The notes under the pieces are model-generated. The model had not been told where the DNA came from. It saw nothing but the letters and a program-made list of their open reading frames with translations, and did no database searches. A DNA stretch of 64,000 nucleotides. Origin: Hamiltosporidium tvaerminnensis FI-OER-3-3. Lineage: Eukaryota > Fungi > Microsporidia. The DNA is taken from positions 620,001 through 684,000 of the forward strand of contig CM061247.1 in NCBI GenBank assembly GCA_022605425.2. Reading direction: 5' to 3'. This document shows positions 1-11,974 of the stretch, piece by piece. Position 1 is the first letter of the stretch; every line of letters starts with the position of its first letter. The translations under genes were made by a program, and so were the position numbers.

Positions 1-455
1 TTACTTACTCTACACTTTCTAAATTCAATAAACTTCTAGCTAAGATATATTTCAGATATTTACATGGGGTCCACCTAGACAGTGCAATGTCATGCCAACA
101 GGTATAACCTGCTACTTAGCTCTCCCGGCTTTAAATGGTTTTTATTGTTATATCTCCCAGGCGCTAAGTCTTATAACCCGAGTGAGCAAGGCTAAGTTTC
201 CATGCTTTTACATGGCAATTAACTACAAGTTTAGGTGCGATCTGCAATAGCGTTGCGTAAAAAAACTACAAATAAATTTGTGGAAGAATTTTTGCCATTT
301 CTTAAACCTCTTCTCCTCATAACAACTCCCATGGAACAACCGAAGATGTAGTGTGGTTTTATTCGCACCAAAAATCCAAACAATGATCTCACACCAGTTT
401 CACACACTCATTGCCAAGCAGAAAGTTTTTTTATGTGGTTATCCACCCTCCACCA
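1..455 (-). mobile_element. ~690-bp dispersed non-coding element, copy A (cut by window start)
   Basis: Colinear with 26820-27270 and 12230-12674 (shared blocks ctaagatatat, ggtataacctgcta, catgcttttacatgg, tcattgccaa, ggttat...ccacca). Strand is the inferred RNA sense, starting TGGTGGAGGGTGG. Confidence 0.85.
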
Positions 456-907
456 AATATTTAAAGAGCATTATATTATATTTGTTTAAAATACAGATTT
501 TCATCTACCAGTACTACATTAAATATCTTAAAAGAAATTCATCTTACCTAAACCTGCTTATAAATTATTATAAATATATTGAATTCTCCTGAAAGTGTAA
601 ACTGTGAAAATTTAGAAATTATCATAGATTTATAATTTATTTTAGTTTTTTTATGGCATTTATTTATTTTTTATCTTAGCTTTACTTAAATATCTATTAA
701 GTATTTTCTATAAATTTTTACCATTAAATTTTTTTAAAAAAATATTGTCGAGTAGTTCGTAGATATAAAAAAATTGTAACAAAATTGTAGAAGTAAATAG
801 AATTTAATATTCATAAAATCTTTTTAGATTTGTATTTTAGTAAAAATATTTTTTAAAAGAAATTACGATTAAGACGTATTTTAAAAGTGGTTTAAATATC
901 CCTAGAA

Positions 908-1951
908 ATGGGAATCAAGCAGCTTTCTCAAGTAATTTTAAAATATAATAAACAATCTATTCGAGAAAGATCTATAGGATATTATTCTGGAAAGAGAATA
1001 GCTATAGATGCATCCTTGTGTTTGTACCAATTTTTAATTGCGGTTAGATCTGAAGGTATGGTATTGAATGCAGCTGATGGTGAAACTACATCACATTTGG
1101 TAGGTCTTTTTTATAGATCTATACGTCTTATCGAAAACGGTATTAAGCCAATATTTGTGTTTGATGGTAAGCCACCTCATATGAAATTTGAGGAATTACA
1201 AAAAAGATCAGAAAAACGAATTAAGGCAGATGAAGAATATGTAAAGGCCGTTGAAAAGGGTGATTTGGGAAAGATGGAAATGTACGATAAAAGAAAAACC
1301 AAGGTCACAATTAAACATGTTGAGGACTGTAAAAAACTGTTGAGTTTTATGGGAATTCCTTACGTGAATGCGCCAAGCGAAGCAGAAGCTTTTTGTGCAT
1401 ATCTCTGTATAAATAAACATGTTGATGCAGTGGGAACCGAGGACATGGATGCATTAACTTTTGCTACACCTATACTTCTAAGAAATTTGACAGCCTCTGA
1501 AAGTAAAAAGTTACCAATTAAAGAGTATAATTTTAAAGGCATTCTCAGAGATTTAGAGTTAACTGATTCCGAGTTTATTGATATGTGTATATTATTGGGT
1601 TGTGATTATTGCGAGTCTATAAAAGGAATCGGACCACAAAAAGCACTTTCTTTGATAAAAAAGTATCAAAATATTGAAAATATACTACAAAACGAAACAT
1701 CGTTAGAAATTCCAGATGAATGGAAATATAAAGATGCAAGAATTATTTTTGAAGAATTAGTTAATTTGCCTTGTGAAGAAGAACTACCTAACTTTAAATA
1801 TGGAGCTGTTAATAAAGAAGCTATTATTGATTTTTTAGTTGTAAAAAATGGCTTCAGCGAAGAAAGAGTTAAAAAAGGCTTGGAAAGATTAATTTTGGCA
1901 CAAAAAAAGGGTAAAACACAACGTTTGGATGATTTTTTCAAAGCTAAATAA
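908..1951 (+). CDS. FEN1: Flap endonuclease 1 (XPG/Rad2 family)
   Basis: MGIKQL start, IAIDAS..YQFL, TTSHLVGLFYR, PIFVFDGKPP, APSEAEA, TEDMDALTF, H3TH motif LGCDYC..IKGIGP, C-terminal PIP-like TQRLDDFF. CCC at 900-902. Confidence 0.97.
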   Translation: MGIKQLSQVILKYNKQSIRERSIGYYSGKRIAIDASLCLYQFLIAVRSEGMVLNAADGETTSHLVGLFYRSIRLIENGIKPIFVFDGKPPHMKFEELQKRSEKRIKADEEYVKAVEKGDLGKMEMYDKRKTKVTIKHVEDCKKLLSFMGIPYVNAPSEAEAFCAYLCINKHVDAVGTEDMDALTFATPILLRNLTASESKKLPIKEYNFKGILRDLELTDSEFIDMCILLGCDYCESIKGIGPQKALSLIKKYQNIENILQNETSLEIPDEWKYKDARIIFEELVNLPCEEELPNFKYGAVNKEAIIDFLVVKNGFSEERVKKGLERLILAQKKGKTQRLDDFFKAK

Positions 1952-2435
1952 ATTTTATTTTTCTATTATTTTGTTAAACTTTAAATTTGATGTATTGAAT
2001 TTAAAAATTATATTCAAATAAACAAATACATCTGTTTTAGAATTTATTTTTGGAATTGCTGTAATTAAATCAATTTTAAGAGGTCAAAAATCGGCTTTTT
2101 GTTTTTTCTAATGTAAATCGAATTAGAAGAAATTCAAAATTTCTTGATGGCGTCTTATAGTGTCCAAATGAATATTTTTTACAGTTAAAATTCATGCTTG
2201 TTGGTATTGTTGTGAAATTTAAGCTTGGCTGTGTAAAAAAGAATGTTTCACTCATAATTTTTATTTTTATTTAGAAAATAAGTACCCTGAGAATATAAAC
2301 TGCTATTAAGCATCCCAGTTTTCATATTTTTCATAAAAAATCATGTAGTAAGCCAAGATTCAAAAATCTATTTTATTTAAGCCTGATCCAAATTTCCTAC
2401 TATAATATAAAATTACAAGATTTCTTTTTTATTTT

Positions 2436-3121
2436 CGAGAGAGATAACCATATTAAAAACTATCGGAATAGCATTTATTTGGTAAATTGGCATAAAACCA
2501 CTGTTTAGTCTTTCAGAGGAATAAAACCTACAATACATTTATGGTTGTATTATGAAAATCAGTATAAGAATCGGTAGGTCTTCAAAACTGTAAAACCTTT
2601 TCTAAATAATTAATTTTCACTTTTTTTGGTGACCGGATCACAGGCCGCGGCTTAACTTTAAGGTAATTGCCATCTCAATGCATATAATCCTAGTTTTGTT
2701 CACTCGAGTTGTATGACTTAGCGCTTTAAAGCTGCGAAAAAAAGATACCCTTTAAGGAGCCAGGACTAATAAATGGAAGTTATATATGTAGGTATAACAT
2801 TTCACTGTCTAGCTGAACCCATGTAAATCGCCGAGATATATTTTAGCTAGAAGTTTGATGGGTTTCTAAGATTTAAAAAAAGAGAATCCCGGATATTCTT
2901 GGAAAGGCTAGCGTGAGGTTGTACCTACGATCACACTCAATTTCACGGAAATTAACGAGCTTCGGTCAACTTCATCGCTCATTATTTGAGTTTTAATCCT
3001 TTTAGATGAAATTATTGGGATTTGTATCTTCGGGATACTGATTAAATATCGGAACAGTTATTTATGTTAAAGCGTGAACTGCGTTAATGTCATGAAAACA
3101 ATATAACAATTGCCACGTTTT
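2436..3121 (+). mobile_element. ~690-bp dispersed element, copy B (diverged)
   Basis: Reverse complement of copy A/E blocks (aaaccttttc, cactcgagttgtatgacttagcgc, cactgtctagctgaacccatgtaaatcgccgagatata, gtacctacgatcacactcaa). Ends ttgccacgtttt. Confidence 0.8.
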
Positions 3122-3943
3122 AAAAGTTAGAATGTTTAAGATAAATTTATCTTTATTTTATATTAGATCCAATAGGTTTATTTTCGATATGAGTAAAAAT
3201 AAGATAACGCAATTTAAAATAGGAACTGCTCCCAATATTAAATAAAATTTTCTGAACCAGAAAAACCTAAAAAGTATGATTATTAGCTTATGTGACAAAT
3301 CCTATTTATAAATATAGTGTTTAGATAATCTTCAATAGGATTTTCTTGGATGTTTTTGATAGTATATCATATGATGTTTTTTAAAATAATTGCAAATATT
3401 CATGCATGTAAATACATATATTCAGTCAAATGTATTTCCGAAGACAGCCGAAACAATTTATTTAATCGATAAAGACAATTTTGTTAAAACCAATAGCCGA
3501 AATTAACTAAAGAGTGCCAATGAGTATTATTGAATAATCAGAAATGCATTAGGAAATAATAACTCGTCCATACAAGCTAATAAGGAATGAGATTGTGTTA
3601 GATATACAGCAAAAAAGCAAAATCACTTTATTTTCATTTCCAGGAACCAGACTAGAGGAATTAACAATAAATAGAAACGAAGAGTCGAACTTAGAAGCGT
3701 ATGTGGTGCTTTAAGAGGTAGAAGAAAATATAATAAAATAAATACATTTGTTCAAGTTGAATCAAAATAATTTAATATATATTCTATTAAATAAATAATC
3801 GGTTTTTTTTGTTATATATTATATAAGTACAATAGGAATAATCAAAAAAGATTTAATCATAGTTTTTGCCGAAATTTTATCATTTATAATTAAGAAAAAA
3901 ACTCGAAAAGATAAAATTAAATATTATTTTTATTGAGAAATAA

Positions 3944-6900
3944 TTAAGAAGAGCCATAATAGTCCACTGTGATTGCGGTTCTCATTTTTTCTTTCAATGA
4001 ATCCTCATTATCATATAATGGCAGGTTCAGCAAATTAAAACACGTGGAGGCTGATGGTAATGAATCTTTAGAAAAAATCGGAACGATTGTAAAAGGATTT
4101 TCTATAAACTTATAAGATTTGAATCCACCTGTGGGTAATTTATCTAGTCCTGTTATAAATTTCAATACCTTATGTCTTTCTGAGTCATCAAATCCTGTTA
4201 AGAGATTCCAGAACCAAATTATTGTTGGATGTTCGGAGTAATACACCCCACTATATTTTGTATTTGATTTCCATTCAGTTATATTCAATTCTTTTTTGTC
4301 TTCAACCATTATTTTTAAATCATCATAACTAAAAAAGTTATGTAGAGTATTAGGAAATATCAAATTAAATCCTTCTTTCAACTTATCCAAGTAATCTTTC
4401 ATACCTTTATAAATCTTAAATTCTGTATTTTTTTGAATGTAATCCTCAACATTTTCTTTTGTAAGCCTTTTACTATAACCATCTTCAGAAAGACAAAACA
4501 TTTTAAGTTCTCCGTTAACCGCTGCTAAAACGGTAAAATCTAAATCTAACGAATCAACATCTTCAACATCTCTCAATGAAACATAATTTTCGTAAAATTC
4601 TCTATCAATATTTTTGAAATCCTCAATACAAAATTTTTCTTGTGCTAGAAATAAATAGAACGATTCAATAAACTCAAGCCCCATAACTGAATTCATAATT
4701 ATACTTTTCGCCATGATTATGCCTGTGTAATAGTATATTTTTTGGATTTTATTATGTTCTTCAGTATCTGATAAAGCAAATATACTCACAGGATCATTCG
4801 TTCTAAATGGCATAAAATATATATTTTCATTTATAGCTTTGCTGTATAAAAGAAAAAATTCATATAACGGGCCTATACCTTCGCCATATTCAGTTGTAAA
4901 CTTTGCCATCCAATTTTCACACAAAATTTCCTCAGTTGATTTGGTTTCAAAAAAATTTATTGTTGATTCAATAATATTCTTAGGATTTATAAGAAGATAA
5001 AACGCTGAATAGGCAACCGAATCCGAAAAATAAGTTGGCCTCGTTAAAAACATTATTTTGGTTTCCAAAGATATATATTTAAAGCTTGAAAGTAAATCAA
5101 AATTGTCGTGAAAAATGGTTTTTACTTTTAAGTAGAAGCTTATTAAGTCATAGATTTGTTCGCTGTTCGGAAAATATATTTTATTACTAATTCCAAATAT
5201 AAAACTCATAAAATCGTGGAATATAAATTTATTGGTATATTCAATTAAATCTATATCGTTAGGTATCCGATTTCTTACATAAGAATATACTTGACAGCAT
5301 TTTGCAATTATTTCTAAATATTTCTTAAATAAAAAAACAATTGTCTCATTCTTATAGCTATTGAAATCTCTGAAAAAAATAAACAAAGGAGAAGTTGCAA
5401 TATATTCAAGAGATTTGTAAATATAATCTATGTCGTTTTGCTTAAAGGGAATACTGGCTAGATCAAAAGAATTCAAAAATCTATCATATTTGCAAAAAAT
5501 GGATTTTGCCCGTAAAATAGTTTCGTCTTCAGCAAAATATCCTTTCAGAAGCAAAAAGCCAATTTTATCACAATAATACAAATAAATATTAAAGAGGGTA
5601 AGATGAGAATCTATTATTTTTTTTTGATTGCAAAGTATTTGGTAAAGAATATTTTGGCTTACATTCTTCGATTTTGATGCATTACTAGTTAAAGAGTCTT
5701 GGGCGTTTTTTAGTTTAATAGAATCTATAGGTAATCTATCAGTGTTTACATGTAAATACAAAGATTCAAATAATAATAATTCCAATACAGAATCATCAGA
5801 ATATGATTGCATTTTGTCACAAACAAATTTTAAAGGGTTTTCATTAAAATACGAATCTTGTGTCCTCGAATTTAATCGAGAAACTTGTGTACAATAATAT
5901 TTTAAAAAATCCTCATCAAAAGTTTTGTTTACATCTAATAAAATAAGATTTTTGATGATTTCGATCAATTCAAATGCACATTCTTTTACCGGTAAAATGT
6001 ATAAATCACAAAGAAGTTTATTACATACTGTTTTTACGTCTAAATTAGAACTTGTGTAGGTTGACAAACAACCATCTTTATTTTTTTCATCCAAACTGGC
6101 TTTTTTACAAATTTTAGAAACGTATTTTTCCCGTATAAAATCTTCATATTTGAAAACCCATTCAATTTTTTTCTTATCAAATTTACGAAAATCTGCTCTT
6201 TCTTCAGATAAAATTAATCGAGAATATATCATTTCATGGACATCTTCAGATAAATTATATCTTTTCAATTTATTTTTTAGATTATCATAAATTTGTTCAT
6301 CACTATTTTTCCATATAGAAATTCCTATGACCGTTTTAATATCATTTATGTTTTCGGCATAGAAATTTACTATTTTTGAATCGATTTCCGAATTACTAAA
6401 TATTATTTTCTTATAATCAGAAAAATCTCCTATTCCTATGTGGTACTTCATTATATATCCAAAGTCAATGTTTTTCAAATTAGTTAATTCGTTTCGAGAT
6501 ATATTTATATATTCCAAAGAATCACTGTTTTCTAAAAAGCTTATTTCATAAATATTAAAATCGTTGATAAGGGAAAAAGAGATGTGACAAAATATATTAT
6601 AAAGACTCGGCAAATAACATTGAAATATGCTACTCATTAGATATTTTTCCAAAAATTTAATATTTCCGCAATTAATACATGATAAAAAAATATTCAGCAA
6701 TTTTAAGAGACAATTATGAAGCATTATAATATGTGAACTACTACACAAATTTTGTTCAAATTTATTTACCAGTGTTTCCAGTATACCATTGGATAAAAAA
6801 ATATGGTAAATTTCTTTTTTTCTTTTTTCGAAATTAAATCTACAGTTTTCATCATAGAAATCGTGATTTATTGTATTGAGATATTGAATATACTTACAGC

Positions 6901-9900
6901 AACAAATTTCAGATAGTAAAATTTTATAAATAAGTGAAAATAAATTATAAGAGTAATCAAAATCTTTGATTTTTGCTAAAACACAAATTTTCTCAATCAC
7001 ATATTCCACATAACACAAATCGCCTCTATATAGCGTAACTGTTATGAAATATCCATATCTAAAATCCAAACTCCACCTAAAACTATTATTTAGCGAAATA
7101 AAATCATCAAATATTTTGTTGGAAATAAAATTATTTAAAAATTCATCAATTGTTTCTTTTTCAATAAAATGCAATAGAGATGGAAAAGTTGATATTATTT
7201 CCGACAAAAATTGCAAAGTTATTATTCTATAGGAATGTTGTTCCTGCGCTATAATCATAATCATATCCTGTAGTATTTCAATTTTAAGTTTCATATCATC
7301 TTCAGTTATTAGACTTGAAAAATTGTCGTAATTAATGCATACTTCAGATTTGTAAACCATTTTTTGATTAAAATATTCAAAAATATTTTTCGGTAACTTG
7401 GTATAACTATCGAGGACATAAGCAAATGAACTTATTAAATAAAATTCATCTTCAAATAAATTTCTTAGACATGTGTAAGCATATTCTAATATTTGGTTTT
7501 TGGTGTTTAAAACATTTCCAATAATACTTTCACAATATTTAAACCCAATTTCGGTCTTAAAATAATGATAGATATCGATTTTTGAAATTTGTTTTGAGTA
7601 ATTGGCTAACCTTATCAATGAAATGAGATAAAGCAAAACTTCTTTCGGATCATTGGAAACGTTTACTATATCTGAAAATAACAGCGATTCTTTATTATAA
7701 ATCATGTTTTTATTGTTTTCAATGTTTGTATTAATATTTGTTTTTAAAATTTTCAAATATTCAAGAACACTATTAGGCTTTTTATAAAAATGTTTTTTTG
7801 GATTCGTTATTCTATTCACTTGATTAAAGATAAACAAGAAAAAATAATCAAACTTTTTTTGTGCCTCTATAAAAAAATCTAAATAGTAAAAATTTTCAAA
7901 ACATCCAATCAAAAAAAAATATAAATACCTACTTTCTGTTATTTCAAGCGCTTGAGCTTGAGAATTCGGATTCATCAACTGATTTTCAATTAATAGTATT
8001 AAATCTGATATTTTAATAAACATATGCAATTTCGAAATACTTTTTTCAATATTTTTCAAAAGTGGAATATGTTGTAAAAATATATGGGAATAATATTCTG
8101 AAAACAAACAAACATTTTCGATCATTAAATTAAGAATTTTAGGCAAATTAAAATCAATTAAATCAGTTTTTAAATTATTCATATTCATTAAAAATTTGAG
8201 TATTATTAAATATACAATGTTATTATCAGTATAGAATTCTAGCGGGCTTTTACGGGGGATCTTATTTAGTTGCTGTGTATAGAATTTTAAAAGATATATC
8301 AGATTATCTAATTTTAATTCAAAAATTTCAATGGATAGACATTTTATATATTTATAGTAAATAAATAGTATATTTGGATCATAATCAGTAGTAAACAAAG
8401 ATATTTTATGCAATAAATCGATGTATGATATATATTCTGTGGGGTTGTTGGAATGCATTATAAATGGCATTTGTTCTAGAAACATTATATTTTGATATAT
8501 TAAAACATATATATGCTCCTTTAAAGATTCAATAAAATTTTTTTCAGATGAATAAATTGTATCGTAGTGACTGAGTAAGTCATTTACCGTTACCTCTAAC
8601 GAATTGTATTGAATCCATTTTGGCGTGTAAATCGAAACTATTTTTTCATAAATCAAAGAAACAAGTTCGATGTGTTTCTTAACTAAGTTAAATTTCGATG
8701 TTATATCAGTATGACTAAATACATAATACAAATCCGTTGAAATATATTCTAAACCCATCATCATTTCAAACAAAAATTCATGTGTTGAAAGCATATTAAT
8801 ATTATGTGTATAACAGGCATTCAAAATTTGGGTTTGGAATTCTGAAATATCATATGTTGTTGTTTCAGTCATGTAAAGCGAAAAAGAAAACATGGGATTT
8901 ATTTTACACAACGCTAGCCGATTTATAAATTTGAATAGATGAATATTTTCCTTTTTGTAACAGTTTTTAGGAATATTTATCAATCTGTGTAGATTATATT
9001 TTATTTCTGCCTTTAACACAATATTTTTCAACCAAAGAATATTGTATATAAACTTTAAATAGAAGAATAACCGAAACTCATCATAAAATAATCGTTTCAA
9101 TGTGTTCTTATCATTTTTTTTCAGAAAAAAAATATGAGTTTCTATTGTTTGTAAGCTTTTCCGACAATGTTTTATAAGATTGACATAAACGTTCAGTTCT
9201 GTATTTTCACAAGCTTCTTTCAAACTTAAATTGTCGATGATTTGATCAAAGTTGATAATAAATTCCCTATGATATTTTAAAAAGTTTACCGCGTTACTTT
9301 GAATACAAGTTGATATTCTTGGAAAAATATTTAAAAAAATCGAGAATTCTAAGCTTTTTAAATATAAATCTAACAATTCTTGAATAAAACAAGGGAAATT
9401 ATTATAAAAACGTGAACTAGTTATTAATATACCTAAATACAAAACATTTTTACAAGCAGTTACTGTAAAGCACATTCTTTTACGTATACAATAATCAAAT
9501 AGAATTTCTAAAGTCGTAACTTCGAACTCAGAAACATTCTTCGCATTCATTTTTGTTAGAATTTTGATTATGTTTTTGTTAATAAAATCTACAAAAGTAA
9601 AATCATAGCGATAAAAATTTTTGACAATAAAACATGCTTTTTTTAAAAACAAAGAAATAAGTCTTTCATGTTCATCATATAATTCACTATCTGAAATATG
9701 AATGATTACTTTTCTGTACAATCTGAAGAGCCAGGTAAGTCGACTTTTGAAATCACAATATAACTCTGTTTGAACAACATTCTCAAAAGGAATTGATTTA
9801 TTCGTACTTTCCAAATCAATTAAATCAAATAAAGAATTTACTAAATGCTCTGTATTTGATTTTAGAAATATATTATCTACAAATGTTATAAAAAAAGCAT

Positions 9901-11038
9901 TATTATATAAAATATTTAGAATATAAGGCAAGAATCTACAAATATCTACAAAATTGAATTCACGGATTGATATGTAATCTTTTTCTGGTATCTTGGAATC
10001 AGAGTATAAAAAATTCAATATTATAAAAAACTTTGTAAAAAGTAATTTATATTTTTCACTACGTAATCTATAAGGGAATCGTTGATATTTTTCAAGAATT
10101 TCTTTTATAAGCTTTTGGTTTGAAATCAAATTCTCTTGGTTGTATTTACATTTTGATATTAATAAAACGTTTTCTGCAAGTATTTGTAAACTAGCTAATA
10201 CAGTGTCGTTGAAGGTTGCTATTAAAAAATTTTGCATACAGAATAATAATAACTCAAGTTTATATGTGTAATAAAATTTTGCCGTAAGAATGTTTGCTAA
10301 AATTTCGATTGAAAGAAGCTTTTGAAAATCTGTTTTTTCATAATATAGATATCTTAAAATTTGTAGATTACACACTGAAAATTCCTTAAAATTTTTATGC
10401 ACTTCATAAATGTTTATTGGTGTTTTATTTGATTTCAAACAATCTTTGATTGCTTTTTTAAAAGTTTCAAGGTTTTGATTTTCGTTAAACGAAAAAATGA
10501 TGCGATTTTCCTTTAATTCTTTCTGGTGATTCATTTGAATATCTTTTTCCAAATAAAAACTAAAATTTTGTGAATTGAAATATTTGATCGAAATTTCATT
10601 GAAAAAATCAGAAAAACCATTACAATATTCGTTATGGAATAGAAAAGAATTATAAGCTATATCGAGGTCGTATGAATTTAGATAATCCGAATGTAAATTG
10701 TCTATTATATATAACTCGTGATTAAATGTATTTTTCATGATATAAATCAAAAATTTAAAAATAAATAAGACTTTTTTCTTTATAGCTCCGTTAAATTGTT
10801 TTATTTGGATGTTATTAGAAAAGTGTTGAATTCTATATCCAGACAAAGTTTTTTCGTATTTATCCAATACGATATTCCATTTTAGTATACAAATTTTACC
10901 AATTTTTGATATAGAAAACGGATCATCTGATGTCATAAAGATGTCCGATATATCTTCTTTTAGACATAAGCTTGCAATTAAAATACTCATTTTTTGATTT
11001 CTTGTTTTATTAGACGTAGAAGTGAGTATTGTTTCCAT
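3944..11038 (-). CDS. Large HECT-domain E3 ubiquitin ligase (Tom1/HUWE1-like size and layout)
   Basis: C-terminal HECT domain: F..EYGEGIGP..EFF, IIWFWNLL, KVLKFITG..KLPTGGF, catalytic LPSASTCFNLLNLPLY. The track start at 11164 is TTG; the first in-frame ATG is at 11038 and is directly preceded by CCC. Confidence 0.88.
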   Translation of the reverse strand: METILTSTSNKTRNQKMSILIASLCLKEDISDIFMTSDDPFSISKIGKICILKWNIVLDKYEKTLSGYRIQHFSNNIQIKQFNGAIKKKVLFIFKFLIYIMKNTFNHELYIIDNLHSDYLNSYDLDIAYNSFLFHNEYCNGFSDFFNEISIKYFNSQNFSFYLEKDIQMNHQKELKENRIIFSFNENQNLETFKKAIKDCLKSNKTPINIYEVHKNFKEFSVCNLQILRYLYYEKTDFQKLLSIEILANILTAKFYYTYKLELLLFCMQNFLIATFNDTVLASLQILAENVLLISKCKYNQENLISNQKLIKEILEKYQRFPYRLRSEKYKLLFTKFFIILNFLYSDSKIPEKDYISIREFNFVDICRFLPYILNILYNNAFFITFVDNIFLKSNTEHLVNSLFDLIDLESTNKSIPFENVVQTELYCDFKSRLTWLFRLYRKVIIHISDSELYDEHERLISLFLKKACFIVKNFYRYDFTFVDFINKNIIKILTKMNAKNVSEFEVTTLEILFDYCIRKRMCFTVTACKNVLYLGILITSSRFYNNFPCFIQELLDLYLKSLEFSIFLNIFPRISTCIQSNAVNFLKYHREFIINFDQIIDNLSLKEACENTELNVYVNLIKHCRKSLQTIETHIFFLKKNDKNTLKRLFYDEFRLFFYLKFIYNILWLKNIVLKAEIKYNLHRLINIPKNCYKKENIHLFKFINRLALCKINPMFSFSLYMTETTTYDISEFQTQILNACYTHNINMLSTHEFLFEMMMGLEYISTDLYYVFSHTDITSKFNLVKKHIELVSLIYEKIVSIYTPKWIQYNSLEVTVNDLLSHYDTIYSSEKNFIESLKEHIYVLIYQNIMFLEQMPFIMHSNNPTEYISYIDLLHKISLFTTDYDPNILFIYYKYIKCLSIEIFELKLDNLIYLLKFYTQQLNKIPRKSPLEFYTDNNIVYLIILKFLMNMNNLKTDLIDFNLPKILNLMIENVCLFSEYYSHIFLQHIPLLKNIEKSISKLHMFIKISDLILLIENQLMNPNSQAQALEITESRYLYFFLIGCFENFYYLDFFIEAQKKFDYFFLFIFNQVNRITNPKKHFYKKPNSVLEYLKILKTNINTNIENNKNMIYNKESLLFSDIVNVSNDPKEVLLYLISLIRLANYSKQISKIDIYHYFKTEIGFKYCESIIGNVLNTKNQILEYAYTCLRNLFEDEFYLISSFAYVLDSYTKLPKNIFEYFNQKMVYKSEVCINYDNFSSLITEDDMKLKIEILQDMIMIIAQEQHSYRIITLQFLSEIISTFPSLLHFIEKETIDEFLNNFISNKIFDDFISLNNSFRWSLDFRYGYFITVTLYRGDLCYVEYVIEKICVLAKIKDFDYSYNLFSLIYKILLSEICCCKYIQYLNTINHDFYDENCRFNFEKRKKEIYHIFLSNGILETLVNKFEQNLCSSSHIIMLHNCLLKLLNIFLSCINCGNIKFLEKYLMSSIFQCYLPSLYNIFCHISFSLINDFNIYEISFLENSDSLEYINISRNELTNLKNIDFGYIMKYHIGIGDFSDYKKIIFSNSEIDSKIVNFYAENINDIKTVIGISIWKNSDEQIYDNLKNKLKRYNLSEDVHEMIYSRLILSEERADFRKFDKKKIEWVFKYEDFIREKYVSKICKKASLDEKNKDGCLSTYTSSNLDVKTVCNKLLCDLYILPVKECAFELIEIIKNLILLDVNKTFDEDFLKYYCTQVSRLNSRTQDSYFNENPLKFVCDKMQSYSDDSVLELLLFESLYLHVNTDRLPIDSIKLKNAQDSLTSNASKSKNVSQNILYQILCNQKKIIDSHLTLFNIYLYYCDKIGFLLLKGYFAEDETILRAKSIFCKYDRFLNSFDLASIPFKQNDIDYIYKSLEYIATSPLFIFFRDFNSYKNETIVFLFKKYLEIIAKCCQVYSYVRNRIPNDIDLIEYTNKFIFHDFMSFIFGISNKIYFPNSEQIYDLISFYLKVKTIFHDNFDLLSSFKYISLETKIMFLTRPTYFSDSVAYSAFYLLINPKNIIESTINFFETKSTEEILCENWMAKFTTEYGEGIGPLYEFFLLYSKAINENIYFMPFRTNDPVSIFALSDTEEHNKIQKIYYYTGIIMAKSIIMNSVMGLEFIESFYLFLAQEKFCIEDFKNIDREFYENYVSLRDVEDVDSLDLDFTVLAAVNGELKMFCLSEDGYSKRLTKENVEDYIQKNTEFKIYKGMKDYLDKLKEGFNLIFPNTLHNFFSYDDLKIMVEDKKELNITEWKSNTKYSGVYYSEHPTIIWFWNLLTGFDDSERHKVLKFITGLDKLPTGGFKSYKFIENPFTIVPIFSKDSLPSASTCFNLLNLPLYDNEDSLKEKMRTAITVDYYGSS

Positions 11039-11974
11039 GGGTGTGTAATTTGCACTTTTTTTCTTTTTCTTCTTTAATTTATTCCATTTAGGAATATGAT
11101 ATTCAATTTTTTTTACGAATTTCTTATAAATAATTTGCCATTTTGAGTTCGAGGATATATTCAAAAACTTTTTGATAAATATTCTCGATGTTAAGGATGA
11201 TTTATTATTTCATACTTATGCCAGTCGGGTTTTCTACTATTAATAGTCGAATATATTCAAAATCCACTACTTATTCCAATTTTTTTGTACTTTTCTGATA
11301 AAGACCATTTAGAATCATCAAAACTATGCCGTCGATTTACTGTAAACGTCTAAATTAAAATGACAAAAAAAAATGAACATAATTTACAAATTAAGTAAAA
11401 TTAAAATAATTTCAGAATTTCAGAATAAATTGATATAGGTTTATGGGAAATTTTTAGATACAAGGTATAAATGTGAATTAATTGTGAAATACAATTCATC
11501 AATCTTTTTCCCACAATAATTTGTATTTTGATTAGTAATTAAATGCAATTTTTTTAAGTTACTTATTTTCATGCATTTTTTTTAAAGATTCAAAATAATC
11601 CTATATTTTTAGAACAAAATATATAAAATTTGTTTACACTTTACTCCCAAAAGAAATAGTGACACTTTTTAGTCTCGATTTATTTTTTAAAAACATTTTT
11701 TGTTTTTAAAATTTTAAAAGCCAATATTTCTAATGATAAATGAAGGCATAAATGTATAATATAACTTAATTTAAGATTCACTTAAAAAGTTTTTTTTCGG
11801 TTAACCGAAAGTATGGTATTGGTTCAAACATGTAAAAGATATATTTAACAAAAAAGTAATTTTGTTTGATTCTTCGATGAGGTCCGAAAGGGAAAAAACC
11901 AAATATGTATACCCTTAAATAACTAATTTAAAATCAATGACTTACCCTTATCAAAAAATACCCCATATTTTTAA

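Noticed and set aside
440-455. TGGTGGAG as an LTR primer-binding site, or CCACCA as a tRNA-like end
   Set aside because: No adjacent LTR or gag-pol sequence; pairing with the far end of the element explains it better.
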